Part shown: positions 1 through 11,687 of the stretch, one piece after another
How the letters are laid out: each line of letters starts with the position of its first letter
Numbering within the stretch: the stretch's first letter is position 1
Notes under the pieces: model-generated
Databases searched by the model: none
What the model saw: only the letters and a program-made list of their open reading frames with translations
What the model was told of the DNA's origin: nothing
Source of the DNA: Macrostomum hystrix
Lineage: Eukaryota; Animalia; Platyhelminthes
Assembly (NCBI GenBank): GCA_950097015.1
Contig: CATNEN010000038.1
Location: 31,186,001 to 31,250,000, forward strand
Direction: 5' to 3'
Length of the DNA stretch: 64,000 nucleotides
Position numbers and translations under genes: made by a program

Positions 1-277
1 AGGCGTAGCCGTCGCACTTTCCAGGAAAGCACAAATTGTGCTCCAAACGCCACGAGCAAGTTTCTAGAATGATTTTCGAAAATTAAGGCTTGAGCTTCCG
101 TAGATATATCCACAATGTACAACTGTTTACCTATGCAGTGCTTCCTGTCAGCTGATAGCTTGAACGCCTCGCCCCTGGGTGCATGGTTGTACATGCACGT
201 CTGGCAGATCTTTGTTTCTTGTGCACTCGGAATGTGATGGCAATGAGTCAGGGCACAGTTTTGAATTTGGGGGCACA
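1..277 (-). CDS. Two internal exons (277..131 and 63..<1) of a Cys-rich extracellular-type protein, EGF/furin-like spacing; gene continues off the left end
   Basis: Acceptor tttcag before 277, donor G|gtaaac at 131, 67-nt intron, acceptor ttctag before 63; phases 1-1 are compatible. Spliced translation: CPQIQNCALTHCHHIPSAQETKICQTCMYNHAPRGEAFKLSADRKHCI-ETCSWRLEHNLCFPGKCDGYA. Confidence 0.7.
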
Positions 278-749
278 CTGAAATATGATGTTTCGAGTTG
301 TTATTCGATTGGCTGGTGGGGCAGAATCAGCAGAATCAGGCTCCAGCGAATCAGCGAGGGGTTAGAAGGGGTGCGCTAAACCATGACCATGGAACTTAGG
401 GCCGGAAATAGTCCGCATAGCTGAGAGACGAGGGGGAAGAAAGAAATGGCGGGCTGCCAGCCAGCCAATCAGCGGTCTTCGGAGCTAAGCCAATCGAACT
501 GGCGGTCTAGGGGCCAGGCAGCTAGCTCAGATGTGTGGAAGGCAGCTCAAATCATATTCAGGAGTGTAGGCTGTAACCTGTAAAAATTATTTGTTGAATA
601 ATTTTTTAACACGCTTACAATCGCATCTCGGGCTGTAGTGCGTCGGATAGCAGTTGCTGCAATAATCAGGGCTAGTACAGGTGCCGCCGTTGGAGCAGAC
701 GCCCTTGCGGCCAAAGCAGACGGCTGCAATTCAGAAGTTTAATGTCAGT

Positions 750-1275
750 TGGGGGTCACTTATTTTTCGGAACCCGAACGGAGCAACGCAAGCGCACGAA
801 CAGGGACAACTAAATACTCTAACTAACTACTACTAACTACTATACTGCTAACTACTAAATAAGAGTATCTAGTAGTCCCCTACGCACGAAACTCAAGAAA
901 CTCAAACTCAAGCCCTTTAGATCGTCGAGATATTCAACGGTTCTGGACGAAGGTCAGATTTTAACCTTAAGCGCTAGTGTATTTCATACAACCCTACACA
1001 CGAATTTGCATCGCGCCTCAGTGTGGCCCTCCCAGGCCTTCAAAATTTTAAGGCCGTGCAAATTTATGTAATAGGGATGGATGAAATGTATGAAGGGTGA
1101 ATGAAGGGTAAAAATCAGACCTTCGGTCAGAACAGTTTAACATCTCGACGATCTGAAGGGCTGGCGACTTGATTCTTGCTACAGAAGTTGCAGAAAAAAA
1201 ATTTAAGCTCGTGTTTTTGCGTATCGTGTGCTTGCGTTGCTCCGTTCGGGTGTAGCAAAAATAACTGTCAGGGGA
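750..1275. mobile_element. Palindromic MITE-like non-autonomous DNA transposon
   Basis: Outer inverted repeat (ttattttt..cccgaacggagcaacgcaagc.cacga at ~760-800 vs ~1222-1265) plus inner inverted repeat (912-968 vs 1104-1161). The central segment aagcgctagtgtatttca..gcgcctcagtg.ggcc recurs at ~61259-61320. Confidence 0.7.
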
Positions 1276-2065
1276 ATTCCCCCCTTGGTAACTCCACTGT
1301 TGAATGGTGTTTCGCTCTCAACAGTTATTAAACGTAAATCAAGCAGCGGCACTCACGAACAAGGCAGCCGGCATCTTGCTCGCTATTCCTGGCCCAACCG
1401 GGACAGCAGTCATAATAGTACCTGTGGCGCCAGCCAAATACCAGTCTTCTAATATGCGGATAGTGAAAGTCGCGGCTGAAATGAAAGTTTAAGTAGTTGC
1501 GTCAGTTACCAATCTATATTGTATTTCATCTAACAGAAAGTTTTGTGGACTTCATAGAAAGCATACTAAGCTAGAAAGCTTAAAGCTACATAAAAAGCCA
1601 CTGCCCATTATAGTTAGAATGCTAGATTATACATTTGTAGTTTGAGTTTTTGTTTTCGATAGTCATAATTTGATAGCAACTCGCAAAACACAATAGCTAT
1701 TCTCCATTCGGGAGCAAAGTGATTTCAGTCACAGTTTTATTTTTCTCTTTAAATTTCAATATTTCATTTTTTTGTTTTAATGCCTTTGTTTACAAATTTC
1801 AAATAGTTTATTCAACTAAAATTAATATTATGCATGCTACTGTTTTTCTATCGCCGTTTTTATCAAATTGTTCAGCCTTGTTACCAACATCGAAAAAAAA
1901 AATCAGCACCCAATGGGCGTGCGCACTTCAATAACAATAACAATATTGCCTAAATTAAAGATCATGTTTAGGATGTTGCTGAAAATCGTTATATTCCAAT
2001 AGTCCCAAAAACTAATGAAAATTTGCTGAAAAAAAACGTTTGTTCTGAAATATTTTGACGCTTAC

Positions 2066-2300
2066 ATTCTGTAGTAGTAGCCAAGCCGCCACCACCACCA
2101 TCTTCTGGTTGGCTTGACCAAGCACAGGTTCTGTCCTTGCAATTGGTTCATGAGGGTGGCATTGCTGTGGCGTCCCGTGCTCGCATCTCGTGGCGCATCA
2201 GTTTCGTCTCCGTCGTAGTCGAATTCCAGGTCGTCAACAACAACGCCAGGCAAAATGGTCACATTGTGCTCGGAATCGAATCTGACAATATCCGAAAAAA
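2066..2300 (-). CDS. Possible upstream exon of the same minus-strand gene
   Basis: GC-richer open frame (..DDLEFDYDGDETDAPRD..LCLVKPTRRWWWWRLGYYYR) ending at a good donor (gtaagc, 2065). The acceptor and the phase link to the 277 exon could not be resolved. Confidence 0.3.
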
Positions 2301-2980
2301 CTTGCAGATAGAAATTGATGGAAAATGTCTGGGTCAGATCTACAACTGGTTGCTTCGTACAGGTGTTCCGTCCATAGGCTTGGGAGGTCGCCACCATATG
2401 GATTTTAATTTTCCGCCCCTTTACGATAAATAAAAACTTGTGAAAATACAAGAGAAGAAAAAAACTGGGTATTTGAAATGCCACGTGATCTTTCTATACT
2501 GTTAAAGGACAAATGGCTTCATAAGATTCCAACCCTCGACCTACTCCTAGTTAGAATTTATAATCTGTACCGCCTTTATTCCACATTTTAACACTTTCAA
2601 GTCCACAGAGAAACTCACAAAGCGGAAACGCGATGGTCTGAGAACCGCAATAGCAGAAAAATTATCACAGCGATCTGAACACAACGATTCATTGTCGAAT
2701 CATCGAACAATTTTAATTTGCGTGCACTCTCTGTGAAATTGTCTGGACTCATGCAGTAAATATGCGTCCTTGTGTTTGTGATAGAATCCTTGACAGTTGC
2801 TTCAAATACAGAAATTCTAGATAAGATAATTTTAGTTAACCAAAACTAACTTGAGCGCACTGCTTACTGTCAATTTGTCAATAGCTACCTCTACAGTCTT
2901 TAAAATCCGCTGTCAAAAGCGTAAACTCAAAAAAAATTATATTCGCAGAGCAAAGATTGTCTGTCTGTATGTCTTGACAT

Positions 2981-4015
2981 GTGAATGTGAAACCCAAAGT
3001 AATTAGTGTGATTCCAAGAATGACAAGGTGAATGTGAAATACAAAGTAATTATTGTGATTCCAGGAATGACAAGGTGAATGTGAAACACAAAGTCATTAG
3101 TGTGATTCCAGCAATGACAAGGTGAATGTGAAACCCAAAGTAATTAGTGTGATTCCAGGAATGACAAGGTGAATGTGAAACCCAAAGTCATTAGTGTGAT
3201 TCCAGGAATGACAAGGTGAATGTGAAACCCAAAGTCATTAGTGTGATTCCAGCAATGACAAGGTGAATGTGAAACCCAAAGTCATTAGTGTGATTCCAGG
3301 AATGACAAGGTGAATGGGAAACCCAAAGTAATTAGTGTGATTCCAGGAATGACAAGGTGAATGTGACACCCAAAGTAATTAGTGTGATTCCAGGAATGAA
3401 AAGGTGAATGGGAAACCCAAAGTAATTAGTGTGATTCCAGGAATGACAAGGTGAATGTGAAACCCAAAGTAATTAGTGTGATTCCAGGAATGACAAGGTG
3501 AATGTGACACCCAAAGTAGTTAGTGTGATTCCAGGAATGACAAGGTGAATGTGATACCCAAATAATTAGTGTGATTCCAGGAATGACAAGGTGAATGTGA
3601 CACCCAAAGTAATTAGTGTGATTCCAGGAATGACAAGGTGAATGTGACACCCAAAGTAATTATTGTGATTCCAGGAATGACAAGGTGAATGTGAAACCCA
3701 AAGTAATTATTGTGATTCCAGGAATGACAAGGTGAATGTGACACCCAAAGTAATTAGTGTGATTCCAGGAATGACAAGGTGAATGTGAAATACAAAGTAA
3801 TTATTGTGATTCCAGGAATGACAAGGTGAATGTGACACCCAAAGTAATTATTGTGATTCCAGGAATGACAAGGTGAATGTGAAACCCAAAGTAATTAGTG
3901 TGATTCCAGGAATGACAAGGTGAATGGGAAACCCAAAGTAATTAGTGTGATTCCAGGAATGACAAGGTGAATGTGACACCCAAAGTAATTAGTGTGATTC
4001 CAGGAATGACAAGAT
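2981..4015 (+). repeat. 47-bp minisatellite, about 22 copies
   Basis: Unit gtgaatgtgaaacccaaagtaattagtgtgattccaggaatgacaag repeated head-to-tail with few substitutions and no spacers. Confidence 0.95.
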
Positions 4016-4554
4016 GACACTTAAATAAATTAGTAGTGTTATTCCAGGAAAATCTAAATCTTTGTTTTAAAACTGTACTCATTTTTGCAGGATTGAATGC
4101 ATAAAAAATACAGTCTGCCTCCTCGATGGTAGGAAATAATTTTGACGAAGATAGGGAATATAATTACTCCATCCCCCCTTTTCGGCCCTCCTAAGTTGAG
4201 CTAATACTCGTAGGCATGACCCAAAGCAATTAGTTGTGCGACGTGATTACGAAATCATCAAATATCTGTTATTTTTTGGGATCTACTGCATGGGAAAACT
4301 ACTGAATTCTTTTAGAATTCACTCATGCAGTGGTAGGCAAACTAGGCGGAAAAAGTTCCGTCCTTTTTTTCAAAAAGTTTTTTATAATTTAAGTCTCTGC
4401 AGCCGTCGGGTTGGCTTCATGAAACTGCTAGGAGTTCACGTGCTTCAATTCAATCGATCGCATCCGGTGAGAGTTCCGGCAGAACTATGGAATAATTGCT
4501 GGTGATTATTGTTTACAGGAAGTCAGCTGGCCGAGGGGCGCAGATAAAAATGCC

Positions 4555-4562
4555 TATAAATA
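4555..4562 (+). promoter_or_regulatory. TATA box of secreted-peptide gene 1
   Basis: TATAAATA ~100 nt upstream of the ATG at 4654; a matching AATAAA lies at 5675-5680, after the stop. Confidence 0.6.
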
Positions 4563-4653
4563 TGCAGCAAAAAGATACACCAGCTTCATCTACTCCTTGA
4601 CACTCTAGGTGCATTGCTGCTCATCAGTGCTATACACGGAGAAATCGGCAGAA

Positions 4654-5525
4654 ATGAAGTTTGTTGCCTGCTTCATTGCTTTGATCGCGGTTGCGGTGAG
4701 TCCTTTGTGCTCTGCCTTGCATCATTTTTCAAAATTTTGCTGCTCATTATACTGAGTCCTCACAGTTTCAGAAACAAAAACTGAACTTCACAACCTGAGT
4801 AATTTTTGTGAATTCGAATTCACTATATCAGAATCACGACATCCTCATAATAATAATTGGAGGAGGGCTGCGGGCAATGGCACATCATTTGGTGACACTA
4901 GACCCGCAGCCTGCGAGAAGGCAATTCCGCCCATCCCGCCGACTCCTGAGCACACACGCACACGGATACCGTACGCAGGCATGCACTCACACACATCTGC
5001 CCTGACTTTCTCATCGGCAGGCAGTTTACACTCTCACTGTGCCTTGGAGGTTGGCCCTCAAGGACGTAAATTGCACGAAAAGCCCCTAGACCTTCCAAAT
5101 AAATGTGGCCTCGCCATGGAATCGAACTCAGGGACCTTGACAAGGGAGGCAAACGCGTTAATCGCTCTGCCACCAACCCTCCTGACATCCTCATTGTCAC
5201 CGTTCCCGCTCTCCAGGCTGCCCAGCCGGCGGGCAACCAGCAGATCACTGAGGCACAGCTGGAAGCCTTCCTTCGTCCGTGCATCGTCGATGGAGTCAAC
5301 TGCCCGCCCGATGGCTCGATGAGCTACGCGAAGATCAGGGAGAACCTGGGCCAGACGAAGATGGCCGTTCAAATGTTCACCGGCCGGCTGCCGAACGAGT
5401 GCCAGTGCGACGAGAGCAGCGAGCGATGCAACCGGCGCTGCATGTACGCCCTGATGAAGGTGCTGATTGTCGACCTGCGCATGACTGGGCCGCCGGCTAA
5501 GCGGTTGTTCGGCAAGAAGGGCTGA
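4654..5525 (+). CDS. Secreted 6-Cys small protein precursor 1, 116 aa; join(4654..4695,5217..5525)
   Basis: Exon 1 encodes signal peptide MKFVACFIALIAVA followed by gtgagt; phase-0 intron; acceptor ctccag; exon 2 AAQPAGNQQITEAQLEAFLRPC...KRLFGKKG*. GC-rich codons; a paralog with the same structure lies at 7602. Confidence 0.88.
4847..5182 (-). mobile_element. tRNA-derived SINE, family A (in the intron of gene 1)
   Basis: Minus-strand A box TGGCAGAGCGA, B box GTTCGATTCC and (ATT)n tail; homologous along its length to 12711..13070. Confidence 0.8.
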
Positions 5526-6414
5526 GCCTGGACGAGTCGGTACCATTGCAGGATTGTCAGGATTAGCAATCGAAGTGCGCGATCCAGAGCGTGTATTGTG
5601 TCCACAGGAACTAAAAGTACATTGCAATGTCATTCTAAGTTTAATCAAGCATGGGCTAATAGTCCTTAGAGAGCAATAAATGTATTGAGCATTGCACTGC
5701 CAAAATGTGCAACTATATATTATTATTATTACAATGGGTGCACCATTGGGTGCTGATTTTCTGCTTATTTCGTGTTAATAACGAGTAATGACTACATTAT
5801 TAATTGGAAACATATTGGGCGATAAAAATAACGAAAGCATAACTAAATTAGGGAGAAAAATCAAGCAAAATAAAAAACGAAGTAATTTAAGCATAAAACA
5901 TAAGTTTAAATTGGACAAAAAAATTATTTTGAAAATGGACGGTAGAAAGTTATTTAACAGCTGTCACTGGCTGTGACATTAAATATAGCATTTTGTCCTC
6001 GACTGCTAAGCTTTCAAAATTCGAACAGTGCCTGCTACTTCTTTTCTGAGTTCATCTCTAATTAGAACACAAACAGGCCAATCGTACCTAAAAATAATAT
6101 GAACTTCGACTCTATTCTATATGCGATTTCTGCTTTTGCAGTTCTCAATGTCTCGAAGGCCAGTTTGTGGTTTCCCAGACGAAATCGGGACATTGTGCGC
6201 CTTTGTTCACGGTTAGAGATTATTCATGGGTACTTTTCACCGGAAGAATAATAAAAAATCTAGGTAAACATCGATTGTCTCAATCATCCTACTACAAGTA
6301 ACACGAGCGTATGCGTAGATTTGGGTTAGGGTCCCAGGTATTATAAGACTACATTGATTACTAATTATAAACTAAACTTTATCCCAAGGAATAGCACCAC
6401 GTATGGTAGGGCAG

Positions 6415-6660
6415 CAGGTGTTGTAGACCAGTGGTTAGACCGTCGGACACATGACTTGAAGGTCGGGGGTTCGAGTCCCAACTCCACTGAAACAAATACG
6501 TCGTATCAGTGTCCTTTAGCAAGAGGCTCAGGAGTCAGGAGTCAGGTGCTCTCAGGTGTGTGTGTGCTCAGGATTCAGCGAAATGGTCAGAATTGCCTCC
6601 TCGCTGGCTGCCGTGGCAATACCCTCAGCCCTCCTGAAAATATTATTAACATTATTATTT
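6415..6660 (+). mobile_element. Chimeric SINE: family B (CORE-like) head joined to family A tail
   Basis: 6415-6525 matches the head of the SINE at 7684 (tgtagaccagtggttag..ggttcgagtcc..gtcctttagcaaga). 6556-6660 matches the 3' end of 12711..13070 (gtgtgctcag..cagcgaaatgg.cagaattgc.tcctcgctggctgc..attatt). Confidence 0.7.
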
Positions 6661-7601
6661 TTAAAGTGAGCGGTACGTCGAGTTGTTTGAATTGAAAACT
6701 TTTGTATCAATAGGTACTTAATATTTCGTAATTACTTATTGGCCACTGAAGCAAAAAATACTAAGAAGGTTAGGTTGATAAGCCGTTTATTTTTAAACAT
6801 GTTTACGTTTTCAAGTTATTTGAACAAACAATACAACACACCAAGAACAAGACCAAATCTAAAATGTAGTTATTGGTCGCTGTTGTACAAAGTAAGATGT
6901 TTTTAATACACTAATCTCTCTAGATATGTATATCGATAATCGACAGACTGCAAATACTAGTAGATGGATGGAAGTGCACCTTGACGGAGCTGCTGGACCT
7001 TCAATAGGTGGCAGCAGCCAAAATCCATCCTGGGTAGTTGTACTGTTAAAGCACTACCTTGCCGCAAACTAGTGAAACTAGTATACGATTCGCACCTGTT
7101 CGCTTATCAAAGTGGCATTTTAAAGATACTTGATAATTTCTAGTCGCTAAATTTGAAAAACTGCAGTACTACAGTGATCGCCAGACCCGGAATGTTTGAA
7201 AAGAGTGCTTAAACTTTTTTGTGCACCGATTGACTCCTCCGTTTATTTTAGATAGATTTCAATAATTCAGCATTATCAAAGTTGAGCACAATTAGCTATC
7301 GAGGAGTTTGGCATATACAGGCCGGAAGATGATAATCAAACTTGAAAAATTGCAATGCATCATTTCGCCAGCAATCATTATCGCACTATTAATGCCAGTG
7401 CTATAACAGCGACTTCGAATTAACTTATGGGAAACTATTATAATTATACTTTCGTAGTTCAGCTAGTCCTGTCTGGCTGAAAGATTACAAATACGAGCCA
7501 ACTGTATTGCCATTTTCAATTTTCAGGAGTAGACCGAATTGAAGGAATCGTGAGTATTCAATTAAAAGTCAATCCTAAGAAAAGCAGTTGGTTCGAAAAA
7601 C

Positions 7602-8730
7602 ATGAAGCTCGTCGTCTGCCTTACACTTCTAGCTGTGGCTTCGGCTGTGGTAAGAACTATTGTCTAATGGCCAAGGTTGTAGAGGTTGTAGCCTAGTGGT
7701 TAGGGCGTCGGACTCACGACTTGAAGGTCGGGGGTTCGATTCCAGACTCCACTGAAACAATTTGTGTTCTTTAGCAAGACACTTTACGATCTGCATTGCT
7801 TCAGTTCACCCAGCTGCTAAATGGGTACCAGCATTAGCTGGGATAATTGAAGGTGGGTGTGGCGTCCGTCAAATCCATGGACTGAACAGCCGTACGCAGC
7901 CTTCAGATGCGCCGCGCAATAGCTGCGACTGTGCTGTCGGCTGCACATCTAGCCCGATTGGGACAGGTGTAATCAATTATTATTATTACTAATGGCCAAG
8001 GCGTTCAGGATTGTGTCTGTCTATGGCCAAACCTCACTCAATTAGGATTAGACAATCATGCAGGATTATCAACCGTATAAAATAAAACTGGAGCAGCTTA
8101 GTTAATGGTCATTTCTAAGGGTGCAGGATTATCTCTGTCTATGGCCCGAATTGCGACATGAAGGGCCACTCAGACCAAGATATTCTTCAATGACGCACGT
8201 ACTCCTCAGCCATTGAAGATTGTAGTTAGCCTATGCATGTTGAAACGAGGTTGAAAATAACGACAGCCCGCCCTCTGCTGTCGTCTATGGAATTCTAAAT
8301 CTATGTCTATGGAATATTGACCATAGACAACAGCAGAGGGCGGGCTGAAAGAAAGTCAATCCTCAGAATGCAGTCCATAGGTGCACAACATGTCAATCCA
8401 AACTTCTGCCGACGAAAATTGCAGTCGGCCCAAGGAGGCAACCAACGGCCCACTGAGGCCCAGCTGGATGCCTACCTGCGCCCGTGCGTCATCGACGGAG
8501 TCCGCTGCCCACCGAACGGCCAGCTGAGCTACGCCAAAATCATGGAGAACATGAACCAGGTGAAGATGGTGACCCGCCGACTGAAGGGTCAGCTGCCCAG
8601 CGAGTGCGAATGTGACAGCAGTGCCGAGCGGTGCAATCGAGTCTGCATGTACGCCATGATGAAGGTGCTGATTGTGCAGTACAATTTTCCTGCCCCTATT
8701 GGAAAGCGATTCATTGGCAGGCGCAACTGA
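7602..8730 (+). CDS. Secreted 6-Cys small protein precursor 2, 117 aa; join(7602..7649,8425..8730)
   Basis: Exon 1 MKLVVCLTLLAVASAV followed by gtaaga; phase-0 intron; acceptor ttgcag; exon 2 SAQGGNQRPTEAQLDAYLRPC...KRFIGRRN*; AATAAA at 8782. About 57/97 ungapped identities to gene 1. Confidence 0.88.
7684..7990 (+). mobile_element. tRNA-derived SINE, family B, with CORE-like central domain (in the intron of gene 2)
   Basis: A box tagcctagtgg and B box ggttcgattcc, then tgtgttctttagcaagacacttt..tgcttcagttcacccagctgctaaatggg, resembling the CORE-SINE domain; (ATT)n tail. Confidence 0.8.
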
Positions 8731-9499
8731 AATGTCAAAATACGTGCAAGGATCTTTAACTGAAACTGTACTTGAATGTCGAATAAAACAAATGATAAAG
8801 CGCTGACAAATAGAAACTTAAAATATACTGAAAAGAGTGAATCAGAAAGTTAAAAAGTTTTCATTTCATATAATAAAGACTTATTTTTTCAAAGAAAAAA
8901 CTCTCAAAATCTATGAACTTTTGAGGACATTATCCTTCGGCATGAAATTATTTTGATTCTGTCTGGAGCCACACAGTTAGCTCCTCTGACTGTACCACGC
9001 GTCAGTGGTAGTTACTACGAGTATATTTCAATTTTAATGTTGTATAGAAATAAATTTTCACCACAAATGACCGAAAATGAACGAATTGAACATTGTATAA
9101 ATGAAAGTGAGTTTTCAGGCTTCCAACTTTTTCTGCAATGAAAAATTGTAGGTATAAAAGAGTATACTGCACAAAAAAAATAAAAAAATTAGAGGCGTCT
9201 CACTATCGAAAAAGTGTAAAAATATAATGCTTAAATATGAAAAGTAAAAACTAATATCATGCATAACATGCAGATCACAAGATCACTGAAGCCTTAGAGT
9301 GGTACAAAAACCAATAACATTGAAAAGTAAGGCAAGACAGCGAGATGCACGCAAGACAAAAAACGAATTACGAAAATTCGGCGATGCGGATAAGATAATG
9401 CAAGAAAAATAAAAAATTTACGATTTTTGATGAAAAGCAAATTAAATTAACTTAAAGAATATTGGAACATTTCAGACCAAGTCCAAGAGCCCATTGAAG

Positions 9500-11443
9500 C
9501 TAATCTCTCAAAATCAGCGAGCCGCGAATGAAAGCCCTACAAATAGGGCAGGTCTTGAGGGACTTGGCGCACACCGAGCAGCAGACCACGTGACCACAGT
9601 CCAGGAGTAAGATGTTCACCTCCTTGTCCATGCACACCTTGCACGTCTTCCAGTCGTTTGTATCGCGGGGTCTCGGCTGCTGATTCAGAGGCTCCTTGAT
9701 CTCGGCTAGTCTGCTCTCGAAGAATGTCTCGGGATCCTGCGACTGCTGGCGCATGCGGTGGCTCTCGGTGAGCATGAAGTCGAGGAACAGCTCCGATGTG
9801 GCAAAGTCGTCGCCTCGCTGTCTGAGATGCAGCTCTGTGAACAGGCGGACTTGCAGAGCAGAGAATCCGAGCTGAGTGAGCAGTCTCACAACCGGCAGAT
9901 CAGCCCTCGCCTTGATGTCTCTGGCCTCGACTCTGAACTCAACTCCACGCGTGATTGCGAGCGCCTCGTCTGTGCGACGGCTGCGGACTGCGGAGGAGCC
10001 GCCGACACTCACCGCCGAAGCTGCAGCTGACGGATCAGGTGAGTCTCTCTGCACCGATGCAGCGGCACGATGAGCAACTCCGACCTTCGATACGGGAGGC
10101 GACAGTCGGTGCACCGCCTGCACAAAGTCGCTGCCTCGCTCCAACAACACGTGAGCACAGCGAGGTGACCACCGTGCGTGCTGCACCCACACATCATCGT
10201 CGCAGCTCCACTCACTCATGCGGAGTCCACAGCTGAAGCAGCAGGTCGCTCTCTCCTCACTCGAGTAGAAGAAGCCCGCCTTCGCCAGCAAGTACACCGG
10301 CTGCGGAACGAGCGCCGATCGCAGAGACTTTGATCTCTCTTGGTAGCTCTCGAACTGCTCATGTTTGGCAGTCACACTCGATGGGTCCGTCTCCAGACTG
10401 TGCTGCAGAGCGGACAGGTTCGTGAGCGCTCTCTCGGAGCACGCGGATCGAGCCACCTCGCTTGACACTGCCAGCCGAGGACGCCTCGTCAGGTCGAGTG
10501 AGATGAGCTCGTCATGAGCAGCAGCACTCGGTGATCCGTACTGAGCTCGAGTCCACCTCGATCTCACTCCGTCTGTCGCCATCGCCCACTCCGACATCTC
10601 AGTGGGCTCCATGGGAGGCAGCTCAGAGATCAGCCTCATGCTCCAGTCTCCGCTCACCATCACTGCCTCGGCATGTGCGGTGTGCTCAGTGCACAGTACT
10701 GCCTCCACCTGCACTGCCGACCTCGCCTCTCCTTCTGGCTCTCTGTGCTCTCGGGGCACGTTGCCCACATCGACGAACAGCACGAACGGACAGGTCGAGA
10801 AGTGGCGTCTGTGAGCCTCTCGCACCTGCTCACCCGCCTCCCAGTCCTTGAGCACACCCTTGCAGAAGGCGCACTTCACTCTGTCCGACTCCTGCAGGTA
10901 GAAGAATCCGTCAGCAGCCAGATCCGTCACTGACACCAGGTGAGACGCAGTGAATGACGCATCAGGCAGGTGGAAGGACTGCCACCTGTTGTCCTCACGT
11001 CTCATGTCCCACAGGTGCTGAGGAATGGAGGCCGGCATTCCAGTCGTGTCCCATCGCTGATTGCGGAAGTCCAGAGTCTGCGGCACGGACTGAGCTCTGC
11101 CGCCAGGAGTGCTGTTGTTGTAGTACCTCAGCACCTTGCTCCGTGCTGTCTGTATGGAATCCACGCGATTACCAATGTCCTGCCTTAGACTAGATACAAT
11201 TCGCATTCGCTGCTTTGACACATCTGCGTCTGAGGATCGCAGCATGGTTTGAGTCATTTCCTCTGGCCAGTCCGAGTGTTCCAGTTCTCCAACTATAGCA
11301 GAACATTTGACTGCTTCATTATTAGTTCTGTAACTGGCTTCTGTGCCGCCAGTTGGCTGAATTTCTGTGCCGCGATCGCTTCGTTTAAGTAAAGCGAGGA
11401 GTTCGCCGATTTTAGTAGTCGTATCTCTTGGCGGCTTACCCAT
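9500..11443 (-). CDS. Inhibitor-of-apoptosis protein copy 1 (BIR-BIR-UBA-like-RING), 647 aa
   Basis: Two CX2CX16HX6C BIR motifs (CAFC..H..C; CFSC..H..C) each preceded by GFFY; UBA-like segment (QLGFS..GDDF); C-terminal C3HC4 RING CKVCMD..CGH..CC..C..CPICR. Confidence 0.93.
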   Translation of the reverse strand: MGKPPRDTTTKIGELLALLKRSDRGTEIQPTGGTEASYRTNNEAVKCSAIVGELEHSDWPEEMTQTMLRSSDADVSKQRMRIVSSLRQDIGNRVDSIQTARSKVLRYYNNSTPGGRAQSVPQTLDFRNQRWDTTGMPASIPQHLWDMRREDNRWQSFHLPDASFTASHLVSVTDLAADGFFYLQESDRVKCAFCKGVLKDWEAGEQVREAHRRHFSTCPFVLFVDVGNVPREHREPEGEARSAVQVEAVLCTEHTAHAEAVMVSGDWSMRLISELPPMEPTEMSEWAMATDGVRSRWTRAQYGSPSAAAHDELISLDLTRRPRLAVSSEVARSACSERALTNLSALQHSLETDPSSVTAKHEQFESYQERSKSLRSALVPQPVYLLAKAGFFYSSEERATCCFSCGLRMSEWSCDDDVWVQHARWSPRCAHVLLERGSDFVQAVHRLSPPVSKVGVAHRAAASVQRDSPDPSAAASAVSVGGSSAVRSRRTDEALAITRGVEFRVEARDIKARADLPVVRLLTQLGFSALQVRLFTELHLRQRGDDFATSELFLDFMLTESHRMRQQSQDPETFFESRLAEIKEPLNQQPRPRDTNDWKTCKVCMDKEVNILLLDCGHVVCCSVCAKSLKTCPICRAFIRGSLILRD

Positions 11444-11687
11444 TTTTGTCGCTTTATGACAGTAGTACTAAAGGACAGTACTAAAGAAGTCCTTTCAATA
11501 TAGCTGAAATTTTGGGATTGGTTCGTGAGTCTAATACGTTGTTTATAATCTGAATTTTGTTTTGAGCTGCACAAAAACATGTTAAACTCGATTGAACTTG
11601 GACTGGAGTGACTTGTGTTGCTTGAACGGCCTGCTTATTATTTTCACAAGAGCCAGGGTTATGAACATTCCTTTATCTAAGAAATTT

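Noticed and set aside
2981-4015. Regular 47-bp repeat as a CRISPR array
   Set aside because: No unique spacers, no cas genes, eukaryotic context.
5058-5648. 196-aa minus-strand ORF, and the ORF-track starts at 5103 and 8317
   Set aside because: The first is the antisense shadow of a GC-rich exon. The listed starts lie in introns; the real starts are the signal-peptide exons.
6415-7760. tRNA genes at ~6418 and ~7684 (also 11690, 59272)
   Set aside because: A/B boxes are present, but each continues into a repeat body or tail and I could not form a clean acceptor stem; these are SINE heads.
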